Position numbers and translations under genes: made by a program. The notes under the pieces were generated by a model. It saw only the letters and a list, made by a program, of their open reading frames with translations. It made no database searches and was not told where the DNA came from. Shown here piece by piece: positions 1 through 12,230 of a stretch of DNA of 64,000 bases. This DNA comes from Candidatus Cloacimonas sp. (GTDB lineage Bacteria > Cloacimonadota > Cloacimonadia > Cloacimonadales > Cloacimonadaceae): positions 10,804 to 74,803 of the forward strand of contig JALOCJ010000007.1 of assembly GCA_023227825.1 (NCBI GenBank), written 5' to 3'. Position 1 is the first letter of the stretch; each line of letters begins with the position of its first letter.

Positions 1-1
1 T

Positions 2-2877
<2,876 letters not shown>

Positions 2878-2886
2878 TAACATCTT

Positions 2887-3894
2887 ATGCCACAAAAAAG
2901 ACCCCAAACCTCAAAACTTCTCTACCTTCCCTGGATTATCAAGCACCTTTCCTATTACTGGAAACTGAATACCCACATTCTGAAAAAAGGTGTTCCCTTG
3001 AAGGAAATACTGATTCTGAAATATCCCTTCTGGTTCAAAGATGCCAAAAATCCTCCTTTACTTTCCGTAGATATTACTGATGCCTGTAATTTACGCTGTA
3101 TCTACTGTAATAATCCCTTTTTTCCCTATCCGAGGACGATGATGAATCAGGATGTTTTTGCAGCACTAATTGAGCGTCTGAAACGCCATCCTGTAAGCAG
3201 AATCAGAATCAGCGGCGGTGAACCGACCCTGCATCCTCAATTTGATCTGATGCTGAAAGAAATGTCCCGGTATTGCAAATATTTATCTATTATCACCAAC
3301 GGGCAATGGCAGAATCCTGAAGTAAATGAAAAACTGCTTAATTGCGGACTTAGCTTTATTGAACTTTCTATGGATGCCGGAGGAAAAGATATCTACGAAA
3401 GAAGTCGTCCAGGTGCCGATTATGACCTGTTTCTCCAAAACCTGAAACAGCTGTATATATTGAGAAATCGGTATAAAGTTGACCTCATCCTTCGTATTCG
3501 TTTAATGGTACGGCCTTCAACTTTAGATAAAGAAAAGGAAGACAGCCGTTTTTTACGCCAATTCTGTGATTGTGTTTTACCGCAACATATATTGCAGCAT
3601 CCCGAAACACCTCCTCAAGATGATGTTTATCTGCAAAATTCTATACTTCAAAATTCCCTTCCTGTTTGCACTGTTCCGTATAGAGACCTGCAAATCAGAC
3701 CCGATGGTTTGGTCCCTCTTTGTCCGGCAAAAGGATGTGCCATCAAACCTGAAGACCGCATTTTTATTGGAGACATTCAAAAAGATGAAATTCGTGACCT
3801 GTGGAATGCACCCGTACTAAAACAAATGAGGGAGGCACATCGTAACAGAAATGGAGAAATATTAAATCTTTGTCGGAATTGCCATTACAGCTGA
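2887..3894 (+). CDS. Radical SAM protein with SPASM/Twitch-like C-terminus
   Basis: CNLRCIYC (CxxxCxxC), SGGEP, ITNG; C-terminal Cys residues CTVPY, LCP, CRNC. Confidence 0.85.
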   Translation: MPQKRPQTSKLLYLPWIIKHLSYYWKLNTHILKKGVPLKEILILKYPFWFKDAKNPPLLSVDITDACNLRCIYCNNPFFPYPRTMMNQDVFAALIERLKRHPVSRIRISGGEPTLHPQFDLMLKEMSRYCKYLSIITNGQWQNPEVNEKLLNCGLSFIELSMDAGGKDIYERSRPGADYDLFLQNLKQLYILRNRYKVDLILRIRLMVRPSTLDKEKEDSRFLRQFCDCVLPQHILQHPETPPQDDVYLQNSILQNSLPVCTVPYRDLQIRPDGLVPLCPAKGCAIKPEDRIFIGDIQKDEIRDLWNAPVLKQMREAHRNRNGEILNLCRNCHYS

Positions 3895-3901
3895 AAAAAG
3901 T

Positions 3902-3949
3902 AAACGACGAGGACATCGTTTTTCCGGATGGTTGACCTCCTGGTCAACC
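3902..3949. repeat. Two REP-like hairpins
   Basis: aaacgacgaggacatcgttt (3902-3921) and ggttgacctcctggtcaacc (3930-3949). A related hairpin agttgacgaggacttcaact lies at 31145-31164. Confidence 0.55.
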
Positions 3950-3978
3950 AAAATCACAGAAAGGTTAATACTATAAAA

Positions 3979-4022
3979 AGTCCGGCGGGCGACACAATAC
4001 TAGCGACGGGTGTGTAAACCCC
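3979..4022 (+). repeat. Single REP-like element, same family as the 99-bp tandem at 15796
   Basis: agtccggcgggcgacacaatactagcgacgggtgtgtaaacccc aligns with agcccctgagggcgacacaatgatagcgatggtggcgtaagcccc. Confidence 0.65.
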
Positions 4023-4037
4023 AATAAAAATTACAAA

Positions 4038-4853
4038 TCAGAAATTATACATAAGAGAAACCCCATTTATTTCAGGTGTTACTTTCAGCATTAGACGAGG
4101 GGTATCTTTCAACACCAATTTTGCTGTTACATAGCCAATAACGGCACCTGCAAAAACATCGCTGGTCCAATGCTGATCATCATTCAAACGCGATAGGGAA
4201 GTTAAAACAGCAATTGTATAAACAGTTGGAGGCACCCATTTGGTCTTTTTGTATTGTTCTGCCAGCACAGGAGCCAAACTCCAAGCCAAAGTTGTATGTC
4301 ACGAGGGAAAACTATTTCTGGAAAAAGAAATTCCATTTTCCTGCCAAAATTCTTTTCCTTCTTCTTTATATGGTTTTTGCCGTTGAGTTGATAATTTTAT
4401 GGCTTGAGTAACCCCCAAAGAGAGAAGAGAACTTTTCCAGCAAAGCAGAGAGGTATCTATTATTTTTTCATTCTTAGTCAGATATCCTCCCAAAGCAGTT
4501 ACAGCCATAACCGGAAATATAATTTTTACTTCTCCGAAATATTTTGCCCCTGTAAAAATTCCGTCCGTAAATTCATTTCTGTTCAGTTGGTAGTAATTCC
4601 GCAAGTTATCATCCAGAAAATATAAACAACCTCCGGTAATAACTACCGCACTTGCTTTCAGCCAATCATCTTTTTGCCAGCTGCCAGGTGCCGTAACTGC
4701 TGAATAAATTGTTTTAGGATAAGATAACAGATAATCCTGCAAATAGTTATCTTCGTCCGCAGCGGAGAGCGGAATTGTAATCAGCACAAAAATTACGGCA
4801 AAACAGAAGGTCCAAATTTTGTTCATTATTCTATCTTCAAAAATTGCAGACAA
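4038..4853 (-). pseudogene. PAP2-family membrane phosphatase interrupted by an in-frame TGA (4299-4301)
   Basis: The two track ORFs (4299-4853 and 4038-4289) share one frame: ...SFPS-TGA-HTTLAWSLAP...SRLNDDQHWTSDV. The PAP2 motifs PSGH and SRxxxxxHxxxD are split by the stop. Likely start is the ATG at 4826. Confidence 0.8.
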
Positions 4854-4878
4854 TTGTCAAGATTAAACACCACATCGT

Positions 4879-4963
4879 CCTTAATAGCATTACTTACTCA
4901 TTGCTCACCCAATACGGATGCCATCCGTAATGAGTCCGTAATGCATAGGTAATGCAATTAAGG
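4879..4963. repeat. Imperfect palindrome with 11-bp periodicity, copy 1
   Basis: Terminal inverted repeat ccttaatagcattac / gtaatgcaattaagg; internal xxxxGTAATGx units every 11 bp. Confidence 0.75.
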
Positions 4964-5135
4964 AAGCCAATTTAAAGGAAAAATATTTTACCCGAAAACT
5001 GGAATACGCGGAAAAGAAAAGGCAAAAACCTAAGCTTGCAGATATATTAAGGTGAATTCTGCGCTAAAACACAAAGGCATATTACCATTCTTTAACGAAA
5101 ATATGAAGCTTTACAGTGCACTGCTAATAAAAAAC

Positions 5136-5164
5136 TTGACATTTTAGAAGAATAAATTTATAAA
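5136..5164 (+). promoter_or_regulatory. Sigma70-type promoter for the radical SAM gene
   Basis: TTGACA (5136-5141), 17-bp spacer, TATAAA (5159-5164). Confidence 0.65.
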
Positions 5165-5198
5165 CCACAAAAAAAGTTATGACTTAAGGAAATCTGCT

Positions 5199-6527
5199 AT
5201 GAAAAATGTAAAAACAATTGCACTAAATCAACTGATCAATTACATAGCCACTGATCCGCTGAATAAATTACCCAAAATAATGGAGTTGGCTAAAAAACTT
5301 GACCGCAAGGGTAATTATTTACAGTTATTTAGTGTTATTTCTGCTGCTCTTTCAGATGAAAACAGCCATTGGCACAAACTTGTGGAAAACTTATTCAATA
5401 ATGTTGATTCCAAAGTTATCCGAAAACTGGTAGAATGTTTTGCCATCAATACTACCCTGGTTGGCAAACCGATAAGAGAGAAGTATAAAGCAAAATATTC
5501 AATACAAGTGCCCTGGGCTATTCTGATGGACCCGACAAGTGCCTGTAATCTTTCCTGCACAGGTTGTTGGGCTGCTCAATATGGAAAAGAGCAAAATTTA
5601 CCTTATGCAGTTTTGGATTCTATCTGCCAGCAAGGTAAAAAAATGGGCATCTATTGGTATCTCTTCTCCGGAGGCGAACCCTTAATCCGCAAAAAGGACA
5701 TAATTAAACTCTGCGAAGAACATCAGGATTGTTTTTTCCTGGCTTTTACTAATGGCACACTTGTAGATGAAAAATTCTGTGAGGAGGTTCTCCGCACAGG
5801 AAATTTAACACTTTGTTTTTCTATTGAAGGAATTGAAGAGGCAACCGATATGCGCAGAGGAAAAGGAAGTTATCAAAAAGTTATAGAAGCAATGGAGCTG
5901 ATGAAAAAATACCGTTTATTTTTTGGTTATTCCACTTGCTATCATCGCTATAATACCGAAAGCGTTGCTTCCGATGAATTTGTGGACGAGATGCTTGCTC
6001 GGGGCTGTTTCTATGCCTGGAATTTTACCTATATTCCCATTGGTAAAAATGCTCAAACGGATTTGATTGCTACTCCTGAACAACGCGCTTATATGTATAA
6101 AAGAGTTAATGAAATTAGAACTCATAAACCCATCCTGGCTCTGGATTTCTGGAATGACGGAGAACTTGCCGGAGGTTGCATTGCCGGTGGACGCAGCTAT
6201 TTTCATATCAATGCCGCCGGGGATGTTGAACCCTGTGCTTTTGTTCATTATTCCAATGTAAATATTAAAGATGTTTCCCTTTTGGAAGCATTACAATCTC
6301 CAATCTTTAAAGCATACCAAAAAAGACAACCCTTTAACCAAAATCAATTACAACCCTGCCCACTGATGGATAATCCCGAAAGAATTAGAGAAATTATAGC
6401 TGAATCTAATGCCCGGTCAACAGATATAATATCCCCTGAAAAAATTGAAGAACTGTGCGCTAAAACAAAACCGGCTGCTGAAAAATGGGCTCCCGTGGCA
6501 AAACAACTCTGGGAAAACAGAAAATAA
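5199..6527 (+). CDS. Radical SAM/SPASM protein
   Basis: CNLSCTGC, SGGEP, FTNGT; C-terminal CIAGGRSYFHINAAGDVEPCAF and QPCP. Confidence 0.85.
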   Translation: MKNVKTIALNQLINYIATDPLNKLPKIMELAKKLDRKGNYLQLFSVISAALSDENSHWHKLVENLFNNVDSKVIRKLVECFAINTTLVGKPIREKYKAKYSIQVPWAILMDPTSACNLSCTGCWAAQYGKEQNLPYAVLDSICQQGKKMGIYWYLFSGGEPLIRKKDIIKLCEEHQDCFFLAFTNGTLVDEKFCEEVLRTGNLTLCFSIEGIEEATDMRRGKGSYQKVIEAMELMKKYRLFFGYSTCYHRYNTESVASDEFVDEMLARGCFYAWNFTYIPIGKNAQTDLIATPEQRAYMYKRVNEIRTHKPILALDFWNDGELAGGCIAGGRSYFHINAAGDVEPCAFVHYSNVNIKDVSLLEALQSPIFKAYQKRQPFNQNQLQPCPLMDNPERIREIIAESNARSTDIISPEKIEELCAKTKPAAEKWAPVAKQLWENRK

Positions 6528-6567
6528 ATTATGTAGCCACCAAAGACGCGGAACAAAGATAGGAGCA

Positions 6568-6594
6568 CGCAGATTTCGCAGATTTCGCCGATTT
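6568..6594 (+). repeat. 9-bp tandem (CGCAGATTT x3)
   Basis: cgcagattt cgcagattt cgccgattt. The same family occurs at 31017-31043, 33270-33296 and, reversed, at 43208-43229. Confidence 0.75.
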
Positions 6595-6608
6595 GATTTT
6601 AGAAACGA

Positions 6609-6723
6609 GGATTTTAAGGATTTGATAGGTCTGGGAGGAACAGGATTTTAAGGATTTAATAGGTCTGGGAGGAACAGGATTATAGGGATTTAATAGGTCT
6701 GGGATGAAAAGGATTATAAGGAT
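6609..6723 (+). repeat. 34-bp tandem repeat, GGA-rich (3 copies plus a partial)
   Basis: ggattttaaggatttgataggtctgggaggaaca at 6609, 6643 and 6677, with few mismatches. Confidence 0.85.
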
Positions 6724-6840
6724 GTAAGGGATTTTAGATGATAATTATTATAAATTGGCTGCTATGAACTATCTTGCAATTATATTTTAGTTGCTGGATA
6801 GCCCTCATCACTATTATTTTGTCGCCTTACTTGTAGTTAA

Positions 6841-7005
6841 AACTTTCTAAACCTTCTCAACTTTCTAAACCTTCTCAACCCTCAAGACCTCTCGACCCCT
6901 TGACCTCTCGACCTCTTGACCTCTCCACCTCTTGACCTCTCGACCTCTCGACCTCCTGACCTCTCGACCTCTCGACCTCCTGACCTCTCGACCTCTCGAC
7001 CTCTT
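6841..7005 (+). repeat. 18-bp duplication followed by an 8-bp microsatellite (GACCTCTC, 15 units)
   Basis: aactttctaaaccttctc x2 at 6841-6876; GACCTCTC/GACCTCTT/GACCTCCT units from 6886 to 7005. Confidence 0.9.
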
Positions 7006-7217
7006 GACTTTTTTCTTGACAGATAGTTCTCTTCTAATAAAAGGGTAACAAATGTAGATACACTTCAATCCCATTTATCTTCCGGTCCTTAAATAAAGGG
7101 TAAACAAGGGAAGGGTATCAATTATTTTATGTCAAACAAGATAAGCTTACAAGTGACAGAAAAAAACACTATTTAATTTAGTGACGGAATAAAAATTACC
7201 GTTACGAAGCAGGGTAA

Positions 7218-8108
7218 ATGATAAAAGAAGTTGGACGATTAAATCTGGATGATTATAAAATCCTGGATACCGAAGTAGAAAAAATTTTCCGCAATGTAGA
7301 AAAAGGTAAAGATGCACTTGCAGAAAAACAAATTACTGATTTAGGTAATACGGCAAATTACTTTGTCCGGGAAGAATTAGGCAAACGCTTAGCACAATAT
7401 TCCGGTAATGGAGAAATGGATGCTATCTGTGGACATCTTTTAGAGCATTTTATATATGGTGTAAGGGCAACCGCACTCTTTTATTTTTATTACAAACATC
7501 AGGATCATCCCGAAATCATTATTAAAACAGTGGAAAAGACCTTGGAAAGCGTTCCCTGGGAATCGGAGACAATTTGTTTTGAACTCTGGAAAAAGAACCC
7601 GGATGTAATGCAGGAATATATGCCTGCCTGGGCTGATTCAGATAACGAAAAAAAGCGTGCTATAAGTATGCATGGTATGGAAAATATTGCCTCCCGCCAT
7701 CCTCAATATGTGCTTTCCTTTGTTTCTAAGCTGTTGGATGATGAAAGTGAAGAAGTTCAGAAAAAAGTTTGTCATATCCTCACTCAAGTAGGAAGACAAA
7801 GACCTTTGCAATGCTATAACAGCATTCGGCGTTGGTTGATTGAAGGTAATGAGAAAAGAACTCGCGTGCTGTGGCAGACAATGAAAAAACTTGCCAATAT
7901 TTACTCTCAACGCAGTCGTCGGGATAAAACCAACGAATTTATGAATGTTACACAAAAAACGATTGCTGAATGGCGAAACGATTCCGATCCTAAAGTTGCC
8001 ACAATGGGAGCAAAACTTTCCTACATCATAGGTAAGAAAAAGAAGAGAGAAAATCAAAACCAGAAGGTAGCTAATTCCGAAAATAATTATTATTCCAGAC
8101 AAATATGA
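7218..8108 (+). CDS. HEAT/ARM-repeat protein, DNA alkylation repair (AlkD-like) family
   Basis: Helical repeats such as WADSDNEKKRAIS and LLDDESEEVQKKVCHILTQVGR. Confidence 0.55.
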   Translation: MIKEVGRLNLDDYKILDTEVEKIFRNVEKGKDALAEKQITDLGNTANYFVREELGKRLAQYSGNGEMDAICGHLLEHFIYGVRATALFYFYYKHQDHPEIIIKTVEKTLESVPWESETICFELWKKNPDVMQEYMPAWADSDNEKKRAISMHGMENIASRHPQYVLSFVSKLLDDESEEVQKKVCHILTQVGRQRPLQCYNSIRRWLIEGNEKRTRVLWQTMKKLANIYSQRSRRDKTNEFMNVTQKTIAEWRNDSDPKVATMGAKLSYIIGKKKKRENQNQKVANSENNYYSRQI

Positions 8109-8950
8109 ACATCAAGCAGGATTATTCCAGGATTGCAGTAATTTTGGTGGAACCAATCTATGGAGGAAATGTAGGTGCTATAGCCAGAATTATGCATAAT
8201 TTCAGTTTTTCAGACCTGCGTATTGTAGGTAATGTTCCTGAAAAAAACGATTTTTATTTGGCTATGCATAGCGAACAAATTCTGGAAAATGTAAATACTT
8301 TCAGTTCTCTGGAAGCAGCAATTCAAAACCTGGATAGAGTTATTGTCTTTTCCCGGCGTTCAGGAAAAAATAAATCCGTGGATTTTACTCCCAGGCAAAT
8401 GGCAAAATATGTTCACAGTTTACCTAATTCTAATATAGGATTGGTTTTCGGACGAGAGACCTATGGCTTAACTAATTCTGAAGCAAAACTTTGTCCTCTG
8501 CGTTGTCAATTTATGGCTAATCCCTCTTTTCCTTCCTTGAATTTGGCTCAGGCAGTTGCCTTAGCACTTTGGGAAATATATTCCCTTCCCCGGGAAGAAA
8601 AAGAAAAGGGAAATAAATACTATAATTCTGCCAGCGGAAAAGAACTGGATGAAATCCGCAGCTATATTTTGGAAGTTATGCACTTATGCGGTTTTTTCCC
8701 AAAAAAGGAAACCGTAAATTGGGAGTCATTTCTGGCTAAAATGCTGGCACAACTTAATCCCGATAAAAAAATGCTTAACCGTCTGCGGCAAATGTTTAAT
8801 CGGTTTAATGTGTTAGTTACAGGTAAAGGTTTGGGTTATAATATAAATGGGTTTCCGCCAGACACTTTGGCAAAAAAGCAGGACAAAAATAATTCCAAAT
8901 TAGTCCATTCCTCTTCTAACCACTCAACCCATTTCACTCCTGATGCTTAA
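8105..8950 (+). CDS. SPOUT RNA methyltransferase, TrmJ/LasT family
   Basis: ILVEPIYGGNVGAIARIMHNF, LVFGRETYGLTN, SLNLAQAV. Confidence 0.9.
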   Translation: MNIKQDYSRIAVILVEPIYGGNVGAIARIMHNFSFSDLRIVGNVPEKNDFYLAMHSEQILENVNTFSSLEAAIQNLDRVIVFSRRSGKNKSVDFTPRQMAKYVHSLPNSNIGLVFGRETYGLTNSEAKLCPLRCQFMANPSFPSLNLAQAVALALWEIYSLPREEKEKGNKYYNSASGKELDEIRSYILEVMHLCGFFPKKETVNWESFLAKMLAQLNPDKKMLNRLRQMFNRFNVLVTGKGLGYNINGFPPDTLAKKQDKNNSKLVHSSSNHSTHFTPDA

Positions 8951-8971
8951 AGACACAATAAAGGAAGAAAA

Positions 8972-11704
8972 ATGAAAAAGACCTTATGTTTGATTTTAAT
9001 AAGTTTGCCCTTGCTTGTTTCAGCAACCACACTCAATACAATAATTCAGTTTCCTCTTACTGAAGAGAGTGTATCAGCAGCAGCTTTATCTAAACAAGGT
9101 TATGGATTTTGCAGTGCTCCCGGTACTCTACAATTGCCCGTTAAACAAATCAATATCCTTCTGCCCAAAGATGCTGTTATTGATTACTGGCAAGTGCTTT
9201 TTGATGCTGCAAAAACTCTTGCTGGAGAGCCACCTGCAGTTAATTCCTCTTTTACCAATGGAGAAGAAATATTAACATCTCCTGTTAATAGAAATATTCC
9301 TTCCCGCTACAGCTATTTGGGTTTAAGGAAATGGGGTGAACTTAATTATGCCTGTTTTAATGTGATACCTGCTGTTTATAACGGTTCCAGTTGGCTGTGG
9401 AATAGTTCCTGCCAGATAAATATAAATTACACTTCTTCTGCCAAAGAAAAAGGAACAATTCCTCTAACATTTAAGGAAGCAGATTTTTTTGCTAATCCAC
9501 CTGCTCTTCAGCAGTGGTATAATGTATCCAAAGAGCGCAATAATCATCTTTTAATTATTACTACTCCGGATTTGTATGCAGCTTTGAATTGGCTTGTTCT
9601 CTATCGTGAATCTCAAGGTGTAGTTGTTTCTTTTTGTGATATAGCAATAGCTTTGGCTTCCGGAACGGGGACCGATAATGCCGAAAAGTTGCGTAACTTT
9701 CTGCAGAATACTTATGCTCAGAATCCCTTTTCCTACCTGCTTTTAGTTGGTGATTATGATCTTGTTCCCGTTGCCAATGTAATTCCCGAACCCAATGGGC
9801 TGGAAACAGTTGCTACAGATTTCTTTTACTCTGATTTAAGCAGTGATTGGGATACCGATAATGATGGCAGACGAGGTGAATATTCTACCGGTTATATGAA
9901 TGAGGATTATGGAATTGACTTTACGCCAGAGGTCTTTGTAGGACGCATCTCTACCAATATTGCTGCTGAGGTATCTGCTATTGCAAATCGTATAGTTGAT
10001 TACGAACAAACAACTGAGCCCTGGAAAGAAAAAAACTTGTTATCTGCAGCTTACTTGAATTATCAGGGAGAACCACTACTTGAATATTTACAAACCGATG
10101 GAGGCCTTTTTATGGAATTTATGCGGAATACTTGTTTAGCAGAACAGGAAAACTTTACTATGTATGAACAGGAAGGAGTTGTTCCTTCTTTTCCCAGTAA
10201 CCTACCTGTAAATTATGATAATTTACGAAACAAGCTTAATTCCGAAAGCTGGGGTTTTATCAACTGGAGTGCCCATGGTAGTTCTGCACACTCTTCTCGT
10301 AAGGTTTGGGAAAATGATTATAATCAAAATAACATACCTGAAGATAATGAAATGGACTGGAGGAGTTTAGTTGATCGTCAAAGTTTTGATAATTTGGAAA
10401 ATACAAATGGAACAGTTATTTATGCTGCATCCTGCTATAACGGATATCTGGATTACAGTAATACCTGCCTGGCAGAATATGCCTTAATTAAAAAGGCAGT
10501 AGGAGTTATTGCAGCTACCAGAACCGGCTGGTATAAAATCGGATGGCAAAATCCAGGTTGGGGCGGACTTGCCAGTTATAACTATCATTTTGTGGAAAAC
10601 TTCCGTCAGGCAAAACTGGATTTAGGTTCTGCACATTCCTGGGCAAATCTTTTGCATACACAGTTTTACCTTTTTGGTGATCCTGTTGATAACGGAGGTA
10701 TAATCTACCCCGAATTACAAAATGTTTACACTTATATGCTTTTTGGAGATCCTATGCTGGGCTGGAATCCTAATCAAATTAACCCGACGGGAGAAATTCT
10801 GGTTTGGGAACCTGTTGGAAATGAAGGACTTGCTGTTGTTAATGCCCTCCGGCAAATAAGCAATTTTAATGTGGTTTATTCTGATAAACTGATTCCGGAC
10901 TATGCTTATTTGAATAACTTTGAAGCAGTGTTTTACCTGGCTGGAAAGTCACTTGCGGAAGCAGAACTGCAGCCAACTTCCTATGAATATAGTTACTTAA
11001 ACAGCTATCTGGACGCAGGAGGTAAACTTTACTGCGAAAATTATATTGATTACTGTTACGGTGAGTTATATTCAAAAATGGGTGTTCAGATGGCAGATAA
11101 TAATCCTCTGAATGTTACATCTATTCTTTATCCTGCTAATAATATAAACTGGAATTATGTAGCGTCGGATTCATCTGTTGTATATGCTCTCCTTCCAAAT
11201 CAAATATCGGCTGCAGGAATATTTTTCTCCTCCAGTGATAATACCGATAATCCTATTATAGGCGTTTTAAATGCTACTGATAATTACTCTGTGCTTACAT
11301 CCACTTTTAGAACCTCACAAATAGAATCGGGAGAATATACCCTGAGCAATATGCTCGGAATAATTCTTTCGGAACTGGAGGTGATGGATTATAATCCTGA
11401 TAGTAATGACGATCCCGTTATGATTCCTGTAATTCAATCAGTAAGTGTGTTTCCCAATCCTGCTTCGCAATCTTCTTCTATCAGTTTTAAGCTTACTGAA
11501 GCAGCACCGATTTCTATTGCCATTTACAATATCAAAGGGCAAAAAGTGAAAAGGATAATTGATTCAGAACTTAAAAGCGGTGACTATCAATTTACCTGGG
11601 ATGGAAGAGATAATAACGGCAGGTCTTGCTCCAGCGGATTATACTACTATAGAATTGTTTCCCCGGAAAGGAATATTACCCGGAAAATGCTGCTCTTAAA
11701 GTAA
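8972..11704 (+). CDS. Gingipain-like cysteine peptidase (family C25) with propeptide and C-terminal sorting domain
   Basis: YLLLVGD, TDFFYSDL, VFVGRI, WSAHGS (catalytic His), ASCYNG (catalytic Cys), LFGDP. C-terminus FPNP...YNIKGQKVK...WDGRD...SGLYYY. Confidence 0.85.
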   Translation: MKKTLCLILISLPLLVSATTLNTIIQFPLTEESVSAAALSKQGYGFCSAPGTLQLPVKQINILLPKDAVIDYWQVLFDAAKTLAGEPPAVNSSFTNGEEILTSPVNRNIPSRYSYLGLRKWGELNYACFNVIPAVYNGSSWLWNSSCQININYTSSAKEKGTIPLTFKEADFFANPPALQQWYNVSKERNNHLLIITTPDLYAALNWLVLYRESQGVVVSFCDIAIALASGTGTDNAEKLRNFLQNTYAQNPFSYLLLVGDYDLVPVANVIPEPNGLETVATDFFYSDLSSDWDTDNDGRRGEYSTGYMNEDYGIDFTPEVFVGRISTNIAAEVSAIANRIVDYEQTTEPWKEKNLLSAAYLNYQGEPLLEYLQTDGGLFMEFMRNTCLAEQENFTMYEQEGVVPSFPSNLPVNYDNLRNKLNSESWGFINWSAHGSSAHSSRKVWENDYNQNNIPEDNEMDWRSLVDRQSFDNLENTNGTVIYAASCYNGYLDYSNTCLAEYALIKKAVGVIAATRTGWYKIGWQNPGWGGLASYNYHFVENFRQAKLDLGSAHSWANLLHTQFYLFGDPVDNGGIIYPELQNVYTYMLFGDPMLGWNPNQINPTGEILVWEPVGNEGLAVVNALRQISNFNVVYSDKLIPDYAYLNNFEAVFYLAGKSLAEAELQPTSYEYSYLNSYLDAGGKLYCENYIDYCYGELYSKMGVQMADNNPLNVTSILYPANNINWNYVASDSSVVYALLPNQISAAGIFFSSSDNTDNPIIGVLNATDNYSVLTSTFRTSQIESGEYTLSNMLGIILSELEVMDYNPDSNDDPVMIPVIQSVSVFPNPASQSSSISFKLTEAAPISIAIYNIKGQKVKRIIDSELKSGDYQFTWDGRDNNGRSCSSGLYYYRIVSPERNITRKMLLLK

Positions 11705-12004
11705 TGCGGGCAAAATGTTTAGCTGGCGAATGAGAAAGACAGCTAACCAAATGCATAAAGCCCATAATGAATTCCCTTAGAAACAACAGTAATCAACGAA
11801 TGGTTTTAAACCCGGGGAAAAAGATAGTTTAAGATAGTGTTTAACGGATATTATTTCCTGTGTTTGCAGGAAAGAAAGTGGAACTATAAATTTAACTAAA
11901 AGTAAAGTGCAGAGGGGAAAAACATATTTGGATCTTTGCAAAATGGTGAAGATACCTAAAACTTAAAATTCCGAATAAGTTATCACCTGTCTCATAGTAG
12001 AATA

Positions 12005-12090
12005 TTTAACGACCCTTTAACAATGCTTTAACAATTCCTTAGTTCCGTTAACGAATCGTTAAAGAATCTTTAAAGCATCAATAAAGGAAG
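12005..12090. repeat. Imperfect palindrome with 11-bp periodicity, copy 2
   Basis: tttaac at 12005, 12016, 12027; ttaa at 12048, 12059, 12070. Arms cctttaacaatgctttaacaattc / gaatctttaaagcatcaataaagg. Confidence 0.7.
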
Positions 12091-12230
12091 AACAAAGCAG
12101 AGATGAAAAAAGGTTTGAAACTAATTATGCGACTAAAAACAGGAACAGCTAATTGCTTGGCAAATAGCCAGAGGCACCTTAACAATTATTTTACCGGTAA
12201 AGACATAAACATCATAAACCTTTTAAAAAA

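Noticed and set aside
2887-6527. RiPP cluster around the two radical SAM/SPASM genes
   Set aside because: No precursor peptide, RRE domain, transporter or dedicated peptidase is recognisable nearby, and the genes are not contiguous.
6865-7074. 69-aa minus-strand ORF with RSRGREVR repeats
   Set aside because: It is the translation of the 8-bp microsatellite, with no convincing RBS or domain. Probably spurious.
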